Shown here one piece after another: positions 28,010 to 36,952 of a stretch of 64,000 nt of DNA. Made by a program: the position numbers and the translations under genes. Numbering within the stretch: the first letter of the stretch is position 1; each line of letters opens with the position of its first letter. Source of the stretch: an uncultured Gemmatimonadales bacterium (GTDB lineage: Bacteria > Gemmatimonadota > Gemmatimonadetes > Longimicrobiales > RSA9). The stretch is taken from positions 3,424,001-3,488,000 of the forward strand of contig OY970192.1 of assembly GCA_963708135.1 (NCBI GenBank). Direction: 5' to 3'. The notes below the pieces were generated by a model. It was not told the origin of the DNA. It did not search any database and saw nothing but the letters and a program-made list of their open reading frames with translations.

Positions 28010-29188
28010 TCAGGCGTAGACGGGGGCGGTGGACTCCACGACCAGCGCCTCCCAGGGGAAGGTGCCGGCGCCGTTGGGCGCGCGGCCGAAGTGGCCGTAC
28101 GCGGCGGTAACCGCGTAGATCGGGCGCAACAGCTCGAGGCGCTCGATGATGCCGCGCGGGGTGAGGTCGAAGTGGGAGCGGATCCATGCCTGGATCTCCG
28201 GCTCTGCGATTCTCGCCGTGCCGAAGGTCTCCACGCCGATCGCGACCGGCTCCGCCACGCCGATCGCGTACGCGACGCAGATCTCGCAGCGCTCCGCCAG
28301 CCCCGCCGCCACCACGTTCTTGGCCGCCCACCGCGCGGCGTAGGCGGCGGAGCGGTCCACCTTGGAGGGGTCCTTGCCGCTGAAGGCGCCGCCGCCGTGG
28401 CGGGCGGCGCCGCCGTAGGTGTCCACGATGATCTTCCGGCCGGTGAGGCCGGTATCCGTGGCGGGGCCGCCCTCGACGAACGAGCCGGACGGGTTCACGA
28501 GCACGCGGCCCTCCCAGTCCGGGACCTCCAGCAGCCCGGGCACGGCCTGCGGCACGACGCCCGCGAGGATGAAGTCGCGGATCGCCTGCGGCTCGACCTC
28601 GGGCGCGTGCTGCGTGGACACGACGACGCGCGTGACCTCGACCGGCCGGCCATCCACATAACGCACGGAGACCTGGCTCTTGGCGTCCGGGCGGAGCCAG
28701 CCGACCTCGCCGCCCTTTCGCGCCGCGGCCAGCCGCTGCGTGAGCGCGTGCGCCCAGGTGATCGGCGCCGGCATGAGCGAGGGCGTCTCCGCCGTCGCGT
28801 AGCCGAACATCATCCCCTGGTCGCCCGCCCCCTGCGCCCGCCGGTCCGCCTTGTCCACCGCCCGGGCGATCTCGCCCGCCTGCGCGTGCAGCCGCACGTG
28901 CACCTCGACGTCGTCCGCCGAGAAGCGCCCGTCCGCCGCCGTGTAGCCGATGTCGCGGACCGCATCGCGCGCGGCCGCCTCGATCGCCTCCGGCGCGAGC
29001 GGAGCCGCGCTCCCCACCTCGCCCGCCACGCAGATGTAGTTGCGCGTCACGAGGGTCTCGCACGCGACGCGCGCGTCCGCGTCGGCCCGCAGGTGCGCGT
29101 CCAGCACCGCGTCGCTGATGCGGTCGGCGACCTTGTCGGGATGTCCTTCCGAGACCGACTCGCTGGTGAGGACGTACTCTCGCGACAT
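28010..29188 (-). CDS. metK: S-adenosylmethionine synthase
   Basis: [48 protein letters not shown]. Confidence 0.98.
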   Translation of the reverse strand: MSREYVLTSESVSEGHPDKVADRISDAVLDAHLRADADARVACETLVTRNYICVAGEVGSAAPLAPEAIEAAARDAVRDIGYTAADGRFSADDVEVHVRLHAQAGEIARAVDKADRRAQGAGDQGMMFGYATAETPSLMPAPITWAHALTQRLAAARKGGEVGWLRPDAKSQVSVRYVDGRPVEVTRVVVSTQHAPEVEPQAIRDFILAGVVPQAVPGLLEVPDWEGRVLVNPSGSFVEGGPATDTGLTGRKIIVDTYGGAARHGGGAFSGKDPSKVDRSAAYAARWAAKNVVAAGLAERCEICVAYAIGVAEPVAIGVETFGTARIAEPEIQAWIRSHFDLTPRGIIERLELLRPIYAVTAAYGHFGRAPNGAGTFPWEALVVESTAPVYA

Positions 29189-29198
29189 CGAAGCCCCC

Positions 29199-29240
29199 AG
29201 AAAAAGAAAACGCCCGGCGCCGGGAAGCTCGGCAGCGGGC
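29199..29240 (-). terminator. Intrinsic terminator in the metK leader (riboswitch expression platform)
   Basis: Minus strand gcccgctgccg-agcttcc-cggcgccgggc followed by gttttctttttct. Confidence 0.65.
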
Positions 29241-29246
29241 CTCCGG

Positions 29247-29301
29247 CTCTTTAGTGCCTTGATTAACGTGGGGCACAAGCTGCCGAATCAAATCCCACGT
29301 C
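29247..29301 (-). ncRNA. SAM-II-class riboswitch
   Basis: Minus strand ACGTGGG-ATTTG...CTTG-TGC-CCCACGT-TAAT-CAAG-GCA-CTAAAG: a P1 helix plus pseudoknot pairings, upstream of metK. Confidence 0.75.
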
Positions 29302-29363
29302 GGCGCCACGCGCCGAGGTCCTGCGGCGGCGTCTCGCGATGCTCTCGCGCGACGGCGGCCGGC

Positions 29364-29393
29364 AACGTAACGGGCGCCGCCGCGGGCTGTCAA
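29364..29393 (-). promoter_or_regulatory. sigma70-type promoter for metK (TTGACA-N18-TACGTT)
   Basis: Consensus -35 box upstream of the riboswitch. Confidence 0.55.
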
Positions 29394-29440
29394 GGAACGC
29401 GGATTGCACCGCTTCGCGGACTTCACGGAAGGGGTTCGGA

Positions 29441-30304
29441 ATGGAGCTGAACGAGTCGGAGGGGAACGGGCGCGCGAAGGAGCTGCACGCGGTCGCGGAC
29501 CTGGCAGGCACCCCCGTGGCCGATGTGGCGGGCGAGTTCTTCGGCGAGGTCTACGGTGCGCTCTCGGAAGCGGACACGGGGCTGCTGCGCTACCTCGATC
29601 TCGCTCTGCATGGGGCGCCCCGGCACGTGCTCGTGCCGGTGGGGCACACGCGGATCGTGCGCAAGCATAGGGGGGCGGAGGTCCGGTTGCGCGCCGCCAC
29701 GCGCGAGGAGCTGGCGCTGATCCCGCTCTACGACCCGGAGACCTCCTGCGTGGATGAGCGCCTGGCGGAGGGCCTCGAGGAGGCGATCGTGCACGCCCAC
29801 TGCCGGCTCTTCGCGGGGGCGCGCTACTACGCGCACCCGGCCTTCGACCACCGGCGCCTCTACGGCGGCATCGAGCAGCCGATCGTCCAGGCGGCCGAGC
29901 CGCGCGGGACCCGAAGCGGCCTGGCGCCGCTCTCGGAGCTCGAGGAGTTCGCCGTGGCGGATCCGGCGCTCGACGTCCGCGGCTGGCCCGTGCGCGCGGC
30001 CGGCGGAGAGGAGGCGGGCACGGTGCGCGAGCTGATCGCCGATCCCGCCGCACGCGCGGTGCGCTACCTCCGGATCGCGCCGGAGCACGCCGCGCCGTAC
30101 CTGCTGCCGGCGGGGTACCTGCGCCGGGATCCGGATGCGCACGTCCTGCGCACCCCCGAGCTCAGCCGCGCCGACCTGGGCGCGCTTCCACGCCACGGAT
30201 CCGGTGCCCCCACGCGCGCGGAGGAAGACGAGCTGCGCGCCGCGCTCGACCGCCGGTTGGCCGGCGAGCGCCTCTACCACCGGCCTGACTACCGGGCCGG
30301 CTGA
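29441..30304 (+). CDS. Tandem PRC-barrel domain protein
   Basis: GEVYGALSE..LRYLDL..HVLVPVG and DVRGWPV..AGTVRELIADP..VRYL. Confidence 0.75.
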   Translation: MELNESEGNGRAKELHAVADLAGTPVADVAGEFFGEVYGALSEADTGLLRYLDLALHGAPRHVLVPVGHTRIVRKHRGAEVRLRAATREELALIPLYDPETSCVDERLAEGLEEAIVHAHCRLFAGARYYAHPAFDHRRLYGGIEQPIVQAAEPRGTRSGLAPLSELEEFAVADPALDVRGWPVRAAGGEEAGTVRELIADPAARAVRYLRIAPEHAAPYLLPAGYLRRDPDAHVLRTPELSRADLGALPRHGSGAPTRAEEDELRAALDRRLAGERLYHRPDYRAG

Positions 30305-31026
30305 GAGAGCAGCGAGGCGGCCAGCCCGCCGGGCGTCTCCCAGGCCTCGTACTCCTCCGCCGCGGCCACGCCCCAGCGCGCGCCGCACTCCGCCAGTCGC
30401 CGCTCGAGCCATCCCTCCGGCGGCCAACCGACACGACTGCGGTAGAATGCGCCCACCTCGAGCACGACGTCCCGGTGCGCCGAGACATCGACCGCCACCG
30501 GCGTGACCTGCGAGTGCGCGCCGCGCATCGTGAACACGGGCACCGGCGCACGGTGGGGCGGCGTGGGGCTGACGACACGGGCGATGCGCGCGAGCGTGAC
30601 CGCATCCCGAACGATCCGCCCCGTGGCCTGGTGATCGGGGTGGCGCGGCCCGTGCCGCCAGGCGTCGCCCCAGGTCAGCAGCCCGTCCGGCCGGATCTCG
30701 GCCAGCACGTGCGCAAGCTGCCGGGCGGCGTCCCGCGTCGCTTCCACGCGCGTGTCCTCGAAATCGAGGAAGCGGGCCTCGCAGTCCAGCATCTGCGCCA
30801 CCCGGCGCCCCTGCGCCTCGCGGCGGCGCGCGATCTCCTCCGTATCGAGCGGTCCCAGCGCCTCCGTCATCTCCCCGCGCGTGAGCCAGAGAAGCGTGAC
30901 GTCGTGGCCGGCGGCACGCTCCGCGCCGATGGCGCCCGCGGCGCCCACCTCGTCGTCCGGGTGCGAGAAGGCGACGAGGAGCCGCGTCCGGCCACCGTCG
31001 CCCGCGGGTCTCGCCGGCTCAGTCAT
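30289..31026 (-). CDS. PIG-L family deacetylase
   Basis: SHPDDE, LTRGE and HPDH motifs. Confidence 0.9.
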   Translation of the reverse strand: MTEPARPAGDGGRTRLLVAFSHPDDEVGAAGAIGAERAAGHDVTLLWLTRGEMTEALGPLDTEEIARRREAQGRRVAQMLDCEARFLDFEDTRVEATRDAARQLAHVLAEIRPDGLLTWGDAWRHGPRHPDHQATGRIVRDAVTLARIARVVSPTPPHRAPVPVFTMRGAHSQVTPVAVDVSAHRDVVLEVGAFYRSRVGWPPEGWLERRLAECGARWGVAAAEEYEAWETPGGLAASLLSQPAR

Positions 31027-31507
31027 GCCGGACCTGCATTCTCACCTGGACGTCCGCCCCGCCCGAAGTCCCGGCCCCCGGCGCCTGCGGGCTCGCCGCC
31101 TCGAGCAGCAGATCGCCTCCCAGCAGGCCGGTCAGCTCGAACGCCGTGAGAGGCAGGGCCGGGCATGCCGCCGCGGGCAGGAACTGAATCGTGGATCCTC
31201 GCGTCGAGAAGGCGCCGGTGCAGACGCGCGGGCCGTCGGCGGGGAAGCCGGCGCTCGTGAGGCGGAAGCGGCCGTCGGACGAGAGCGACAGCCCGACCGT
31301 GAAGCTGAACCCGCGCCGGTCGGTGGTGGTGCCGTTCCAGGCGAGGTCGCCGACCTGCGAGATCTCCTCCTGGCCCGTCCACGTGCCGACCAGGTCGGCC
31401 GCGCTCGGGGCGAGCGGCCCCACGACGAGGCCGCGGGTGTCCCGGTCGCCGCACGCGGCGCCGGCGCAGAGCGAGAGCATCACGATTCCGGCCAGCAACC
31501 TGGACAT
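31019..31507 (-). CDS. Hypothetical lipoprotein
   Basis: Signal peptide ending AAC; DLVGTWTG lipocalin-like start. Confidence 0.6.
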   Translation of the reverse strand: MSRLLAGIVMLSLCAGAACGDRDTRGLVVGPLAPSAADLVGTWTGQEEISQVGDLAWNGTTTDRRGFSFTVGLSLSSDGRFRLTSAGFPADGPRVCTGAFSTRGSTIQFLPAAACPALPLTAFELTGLLGGDLLLEAASPQAPGAGTSGGADVQVRMQVRHD

Positions 31508-31603
31508 GGGCGCCTTCCGCTTTCTCTCGAGCGAGGTTTCCCGGTCCCACCGTTCCCGGCCCGGTGAGTCCCGGAAGACCCGTGCCCACGGCGCGCGGCC
31601 CGG

Positions 31604-31632
31604 TTGACACTCCATTCCCCGCCGGGCATCTT
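31604..31632 (+). promoter_or_regulatory. sigma70-type promoter TTGACA-N17-CATCTT (near-leaderless transcript)
   Basis: The -10 box ends 9 nt before the ATG at 31642. Confidence 0.6.
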
Positions 31633-31641
31633 CCCGCCCCC

Positions 31642-32043
31642 ATGGAGCTGATCCTTTCGCTGGCCGCCGATGAGGTGAAGGAACGCGACGACGGCAAGCT
31701 CGACGTGACCGGCGTCTTCAACGAGCTGAGCGCGGCCGGGTTCCCGGCGCTGCAGGAGAGGATGATGGTCGTCTTCCTCATCGGCTGGGACGCCGACGAG
31801 GCGGGCGAGCAGCCGTTGCGGGCCGACCTGCTGGACGAGGCGGGCGAGAAGGTGCTCACGATCCAGGGCCACACCGACGTCGCGCACCGTGAGCCGGGCG
31901 CGGCGCCGGCACAGACTCGCCTGGTGCTGGCGCTGGAGAAGGTGGTCTTCCCGCACGCGGGGCAGTACCACTTCGAGTTGCTCGCGGGCGAGCAAGTGCG
32001 GCGGACTCTGCCGCTGTTCGTCGCCGGGCATCCGGAGGCGTGA
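31642..32043 (+). CDS. Conserved hypothetical protein (DUF6941-like)
   Basis: LAADEV..DGKLDVTGVFNEL..FPA, FPHAGQYHFEL. Confidence 0.7.
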   Translation: MELILSLAADEVKERDDGKLDVTGVFNELSAAGFPALQERMMVVFLIGWDADEAGEQPLRADLLDEAGEKVLTIQGHTDVAHREPGAAPAQTRLVLALEKVVFPHAGQYHFELLAGEQVRRTLPLFVAGHPEA

Positions 32044-32441
32044 AGACGCCGGACCCCTCGAACGGACCGCGGGTATACACGCCCGTCACCCGCTCGAACG
32101 AAGCCGGGACGTGGGGGTCTGGAGGAGACGTGGACGCAGCGGAACGCAGCCTGACGCCGAAGGACGTGGTGCGTGTCCTCTCGGCGCTCTCGGACGAGAA
32201 CCGCTTTCGCATCGTGGAGCTGCTCTCGGTCGAGCACGCGGAGCTGCCGTGCGGGAAGATCGGTGAGGCGCTCGGGCTTTCGCCCTCCCTCATCTCCCAC
32301 CACCTCGGCGTCCTGGAAGGCGCCGGAGTGATCGAGCGGAGAAAGAACGGACTCTGGACCCTGAACCGTCTGCGGCGCGAGGAGCTGTCCCGGCACATCG
32401 CCACCCTCGAGCGGCTCCTCTGCCCGGCGCGCCTGGTCTGA
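32040..32441 (+). CDS. ArsR/SmtB family transcriptional regulator
   Basis: ALSDENRFRIVELL..PCGKI..LSPSLISHHLGVLEGAGVI. Confidence 0.88.
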   Translation: MKTPDPSNGPRVYTPVTRSNEAGTWGSGGDVDAAERSLTPKDVVRVLSALSDENRFRIVELLSVEHAELPCGKIGEALGLSPSLISHHLGVLEGAGVIERRKNGLWTLNRLRREELSRHIATLERLLCPARLV

Positions 32442-32554
32442 CCCTCCCGCCGTTCCGTTCTCTCCCGCTCCGGCGCGCCTGCGCCGGGTCATCCGACATT
32501 CGTTGAACCCCGGTCCGGCTCCGCACGAGCCGCACCCTGTCGCGGAGTGATTCG

Positions 32555-33923
32555 ATGGAGTCCGAGCCCCGCAAGCGGCGCGTTCCGCTGCACACGAAGA
32601 TCCTCTTCGGCCTGATCGGCGGCGCGGCCGCCGGCGTGGCCGCCAACATCTTCTGGGGAGACTCGCCCCGCCTGCTCTGGACCGTCGATCACGTGGCACA
32701 GCCGGTCGGGCAGATCTTCCTGCGGATGCTCTTCATGGTCGTCGTGCCGCTGGTCTTCACGTCCCTCGCCCTGGGCGTGGCGAACCTCGGCGACCTGCGC
32801 CGCATCGGCCGCGTCGGCGGCAAGACCATCGGCTTCTTCGTGCTCACGACCGGCTTCGCCGTCGTGCTCGGCCTCACCGCCGTGAACGTCTTCAAGCCCG
32901 GCGCCTCTCTCGATCCGGGCGTCCGCGCGGGGCTGCTCCAGACCTATGCCAGCCAGGCCGCCGCCCGCGTCGGCGCCGCCTCGACCAACGGGTTCGGCGT
33001 CGGGACCTTCGTCAACATCGTGCCGAAGAACCCGATCGAGGCCATGGCGAGCGGGGATCTCCTCGGGCTGATCTTCTTCACGCTCGTCTTCGGCATCGCG
33101 CTCACCCGACTGCCGCGCGAGAAGGCGGAGCCCGTGCTGCGCGTGCTCGAGGGCGTCGGCGACGCGGTCATCCGAGATGATCGACATGGCCATGCGTCTC
33201 GCGCCGCTGGGCGTGGCCGGCCTCATCTTCTCCGTCACCGCGCGCTTCGGCTTCGACGTGCTCCGCTCGCTCGGGCTCTACGTGGTCGTGGTCCTCGGCG
33301 CCCTGGCCATCCACCAGTTCGTCACCATCGGCCTGCTCGCCCGTTTCCTCACCGGCATCAGCTGGCGCCGGTTCTTCGGCCGCGCCAGGGCGCTCATGAT
33401 CACCGCCTTCTCCACTTCGAGCTCCAGCGCGACGCTGCCCACCACCATCCAGACCGCGGAGGAGGAGTTCGGCGTGCCGCCGGAGATCGCCGGCTTCGTC
33501 CTGCCCCTCGGCGCCACCATGAACATGAACGGCACCGCCCTCTTCGAGGGCGTGACCGTCCTTTTCCTGGCGCAGGTCTTCGGGATCCACCTCAGCCTGC
33601 CGATGCAGCTCGTCGTGGTGAGCATGTCCATCCTCACCGCCATCGGCGCCGCCGGCGTCCCCGGCGGCTCGATCCCGCTGCTGGTGATGGTCCTGGAGAT
33701 GGTCGGCATCCCGGGCGGCGGCATCGCCCTCATCCTGGGCGTGGACCGCCTCCTCGACATGTCGCGCACCGTGCCCAACGTCACCGGCGACCTGCTCACC
33801 TCGCTCGTGGTCGCGCGCAGCGAGGGGATGTCCTTCACCGTCGACGACGAGGGCAAGCGCGTGCTCGTCTCCGACTCCGTTCCCGCCCCCGAGGCCGGCC
33901 TGGGGGGTGCGCTCGCCGACTGA
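32555..33923 (+). pseudogene. Dicarboxylate/amino acid:cation symporter (GltP/DctA family), split by a one-base frameshift near 33172
   Basis: The N-half (GQIFLRMLFMVVVPLVF) and C-half (FSTSSSSATLP, GATMNMNGT, DRLLDMSRTVPNVTGD) lie in different frames. This could be a sequencing error. Confidence 0.85.
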
Positions 33924-33933
33924 TGCTCGCGCT

Positions 33934-35328
33934 TCAGGAGCCGGGGATCCCCGGCTCCGTCATGGCCCGCGTGTCGAGGACGGCGTCGAGCTCTTCCGGC
34001 GGGAGCACGGCCTTCTCGGTGGCGAGGGCGCGCACGGTCGTGCCCTTCCTGAACGCCTCCTTGGCGAGCGAGGCGGCCGCGTCGTAGCCGATGCTCGGCG
34101 CGAGCGCCGTGGCCAGCGAGAGGTTCCCCTCGAGCAGCTCCTTCAGCCGTGCCTCGTTGGCGGTGATGCCGTCGATGCACTTCTCGGCGAAGACGGCGGC
34201 GGCGCGCGAGCAGAGCGCGATCGACTGCAGCAGCGCGTGCGCCATCACGGGCATCATGACGTTCAGCTCGAAGTAGGAGCCAAGCCCGCCCACGGTGATC
34301 GTCGTGTGGTTCCCCATCACCTGGGCCGAGACCATGGTCACGGCCTCCGGGATCACGGGGTTGACCTTGCCCGGCATGATGCTCGAGCCGGGCTGGATGG
34401 CCGGCAGCGTGATCTCGGCCAGCCCCGCGCGCGGCCCGCTGGCCAGCAGCCGCAGATCGTTGGCGATCTTGCTGAGCGAGACCGCCAGCGCGTTCAGCGC
34501 GCCGTGTGCGTAGACGACGACATCGCGCGTGGCCTGCCGCTCGAAGTGGTTCGCCGCCTCGCGGAACTCGAGGCCGGTGGCGCTCGACAGCCGCGCAATG
34601 GTGCGGCCGGCGAACTCCTCGTGCGTGTTGATGCCGGTGCCGACCGCCGTCCCGCCGAGCGGCAGCTCGACGAGGTCGTCGAGCGCGTGCTCCAGGCGGC
34701 GCACTGCATGGGACACCTGGCTTGCGAAGCCGCCGAACTCCTGGCCCAGCCGGACCGGCGTAGCGTCCATCAGGTGGGTGCGCCCGGACTTCACGTAGCC
34801 GTCGAGCTCCTTCGCCTTGGCGGTCAGCGAGTCGCGCAGCGTGCCGAGCGCCGGGATCAGGTCCTGCGTGATCGCCGTGGCCGCGGCGACCTGCATCGCG
34901 GTGGGGATCGCATCGTTTGAGGATTGCCCGAGGTTGACGTGGTCGTTCGGATGGATGCGCTCGCCATCGAGGAGCTTGGCCGCGCGGTGGGCGATGACCT
35001 CGTTTGCGTTCATGTTCGTCGAGGTCCCGCTCCCCGTCTGGAAGATGTCCAGCACGAACTGGGCGTCGTGGGCGCCATCCACCACCTCCTGCGCCGCGCG
35101 CACGATGGCGCCGCCGATTCGCTCGTCCAGCAGCCCGAGCTCCATGTTGGTCTCGGCCGCGGCCAGCTTGATCAGTCCCATGGCCGCGATGAAGCTGCGG
35201 GGGAAGCGGAGGTCGCTGATCGGGAAGTTCTCGACCGCGCGCTGGGTCTGCGCGCCCCACAGCGCGTCCTGGGGCACCTGCATCTCTCCGAGCGAGTCGC
35301 GCTCGACCCGGTAGGCTCTATCGCTCAT
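33934..35328 (-). CDS. fumC: Class II fumarate hydratase
   Basis: WGAQTQRA, QTGSGTSTNMNANE, GRTHLMDA, GSSIMPGKVNP. Confidence 0.95.
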   Translation of the reverse strand: MSDRAYRVERDSLGEMQVPQDALWGAQTQRAVENFPISDLRFPRSFIAAMGLIKLAAAETNMELGLLDERIGGAIVRAAQEVVDGAHDAQFVLDIFQTGSGTSTNMNANEVIAHRAAKLLDGERIHPNDHVNLGQSSNDAIPTAMQVAAATAITQDLIPALGTLRDSLTAKAKELDGYVKSGRTHLMDATPVRLGQEFGGFASQVSHAVRRLEHALDDLVELPLGGTAVGTGINTHEEFAGRTIARLSSATGLEFREAANHFERQATRDVVVYAHGALNALAVSLSKIANDLRLLASGPRAGLAEITLPAIQPGSSIMPGKVNPVIPEAVTMVSAQVMGNHTTITVGGLGSYFELNVMMPVMAHALLQSIALCSRAAAVFAEKCIDGITANEARLKELLEGNLSLATALAPSIGYDAAASLAKEAFRKGTTVRALATEKAVLPPEELDAVLDTRAMTEPGIPGS

Positions 35329-35412
35329 CCCGCCTCCTCGCGCCTGGCGTTTCGAGTCACCGGCGGCGGGCGGCACGCCGCGCCGGCGGCCGTGCCCCGT
35401 CGCCTGGATCCG

Positions 35413-36138
35413 TCATTTCCTGGGCGGCCGCGACGGCCGCACCTCGATCCGGCTGGGCAGCGTCCGCCCGGGGAAGGCGACGAGGTCCATCACGATCCGC
35501 GCGATGTCCTCCGGCTGCACCTTCCAGTCGTCCGTGCCCGCCGTGGGATGGCTGAAGTCCGTCGCTACGCTGCCCGGCATGATGTAGCTCACGCGCACCC
35601 CGTCGTGGCGGACCTCCTGCATCAGCGCCTCGCTGAAGCCGATCAGCCCGAACTTGCTGGCGTTGTACGCGGCCCCGCCCGGGAAGGCGTTCTTCCCGGC
35701 CAGGCTGCCAATGTTCACGATCCAGGCATCGCCGGCGCGGCGCAGGTGCGGCAGGGCGGCACGGCAGCAGTAGAAGAGCCCGTCCAGGTTGGTCGAGAGG
35801 CAGCGGTCCCAGTCCTCGATGCTCATCTCGGCGACCGGCGCGAACACGCCGACCCCCGCGTTGTTCACGAGGATGTCCAGCCGCCCGAATGCGTCCACGG
35901 CGGAGGAGACCAGCCGCTCGCAGTCGGCCGGGGAGCGCACATCGCAGGCGACGCCGAGCGCCGCATCCGGCCGGCCCGTCCGCTCGCCCACCTCCGCCGC
36001 CGCCTTCGCCACGTCGGCGGCGGTGCGTGCCCCGAGCGCGACGCGTGCGCCCGCACCGGCCAGCGCCTCCACGATGGCACGCCCGATCCCCTTCGTGCCG
36101 CCCGTCACCACGGCGGCCCTGCCGCCCAGGTCCCCCAT
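35413..36138 (-). CDS. SDR oxidoreductase
   Basis: TGGTKGIG, NNAG, YNASK. Confidence 0.9.
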   Translation of the reverse strand: MGDLGGRAAVVTGGTKGIGRAIVEALAGAGARVALGARTAADVAKAAAEVGERTGRPDAALGVACDVRSPADCERLVSSAVDAFGRLDILVNNAGVGVFAPVAEMSIEDWDRCLSTNLDGLFYCCRAALPHLRRAGDAWIVNIGSLAGKNAFPGGAAYNASKFGLIGFSEALMQEVRHDGVRVSYIMPGSVATDFSHPTAGTDDWKVQPEDIARIVMDLVAFPGRTLPSRIEVRPSRPPRK

Positions 36139-36208
36139 CCGCTCCTCCTTGCCCACGGCAGGGCTGAGTTTAATTGCTCACTCCCTGCCCCGCCACTAGG
36201 TTTCGCGC

Positions 36209-36937
36209 ATGGATCTCGAGGGCAGGGTGGCACTGGTGACGGGCGGCGCGAGACGCCTCGGAAGGGCGCTCTCGCTGGGGCTGGCGCGTGCCGGCGCGGA
36301 CGTGGTCGTGAACCACCACGCCTCCCCGCAGGAGGCCGCCGAGACGGCGGATGCCATCCGCTCGCTGGGGCGCCGTGCCCTGGCTGTGCGGGCGGACGTG
36401 GGGCGGGGCGAGGAGGTGGACCGGCTGGTGCGGGAGGCGCGCGCCGCGATGGGCCGCCTCGATGTGCTCGTCAACAACGCCTCCACCTTCCACGAGGCGC
36501 CGCTCGAGGCGCTCCCCGAGGAGGCCTGGGACCGCACGATGGCCGTCAACCTGAAGGGGCCGTTCCTTCTGGCCCGCGCGGCGGCGCCGCTCCTGCGCGA
36601 GCACGGCGGCGCGATCGTGAACCTGGCGGACCTGTCCGCCTTCCAGCCCTGGCCGTCCTTCGCGGCCCACTCGGTCTCCAAGGCCGGCCTCGTCCATCTC
36701 ACCCGCGTGCTGGCGCGCGCCCTCGCCCCCGCCGTGCGCGTCAACTGCATCGCGCCGGGAACCGTGTTGCCGCCGGATGACTGCACGCCCGAGCAGCTGC
36801 GCGAGAGCTGGGAGGGCACGCCGCTGAAGCGCATCGGCTCGCCGGAGGAAGTCGTCCGGGCGCTGCTCTTCCTGCTGGGCAGCGACTTCGCTACGGGAGA
36901 GGTGCTCGTGCTCGACGGCGGACGGCTCCTGGTCTAG
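36209..36937 (+). CDS. SDR of the pteridine reductase (FolM/PTR1-like) type
   Basis: TGGARRLG, NNAS, VRVNCIAPG; catalytic motif reads HSVSK. Confidence 0.8.
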   Translation: MDLEGRVALVTGGARRLGRALSLGLARAGADVVVNHHASPQEAAETADAIRSLGRRALAVRADVGRGEEVDRLVREARAAMGRLDVLVNNASTFHEAPLEALPEEAWDRTMAVNLKGPFLLARAAAPLLREHGGAIVNLADLSAFQPWPSFAAHSVSKAGLVHLTRVLARALAPAVRVNCIAPGTVLPPDDCTPEQLRESWEGTPLKRIGSPEEVVRALLFLLGSDFATGEVLVLDGGRLLV

Positions 36938-36952
36938 CGGCTCGACCGACCC

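Noticed and set aside
29441..30304. Photosynthetic reaction-centre H subunit
   Set aside because: Generic PRC barrels with no TM anchor and no puf/bch genes in the window.
33178..34087. Continuation of ORF 32555..34087 as a real protein tail
   Set aside because: Out-of-frame read-through past the frameshift; the real C-half is 33177..33923.
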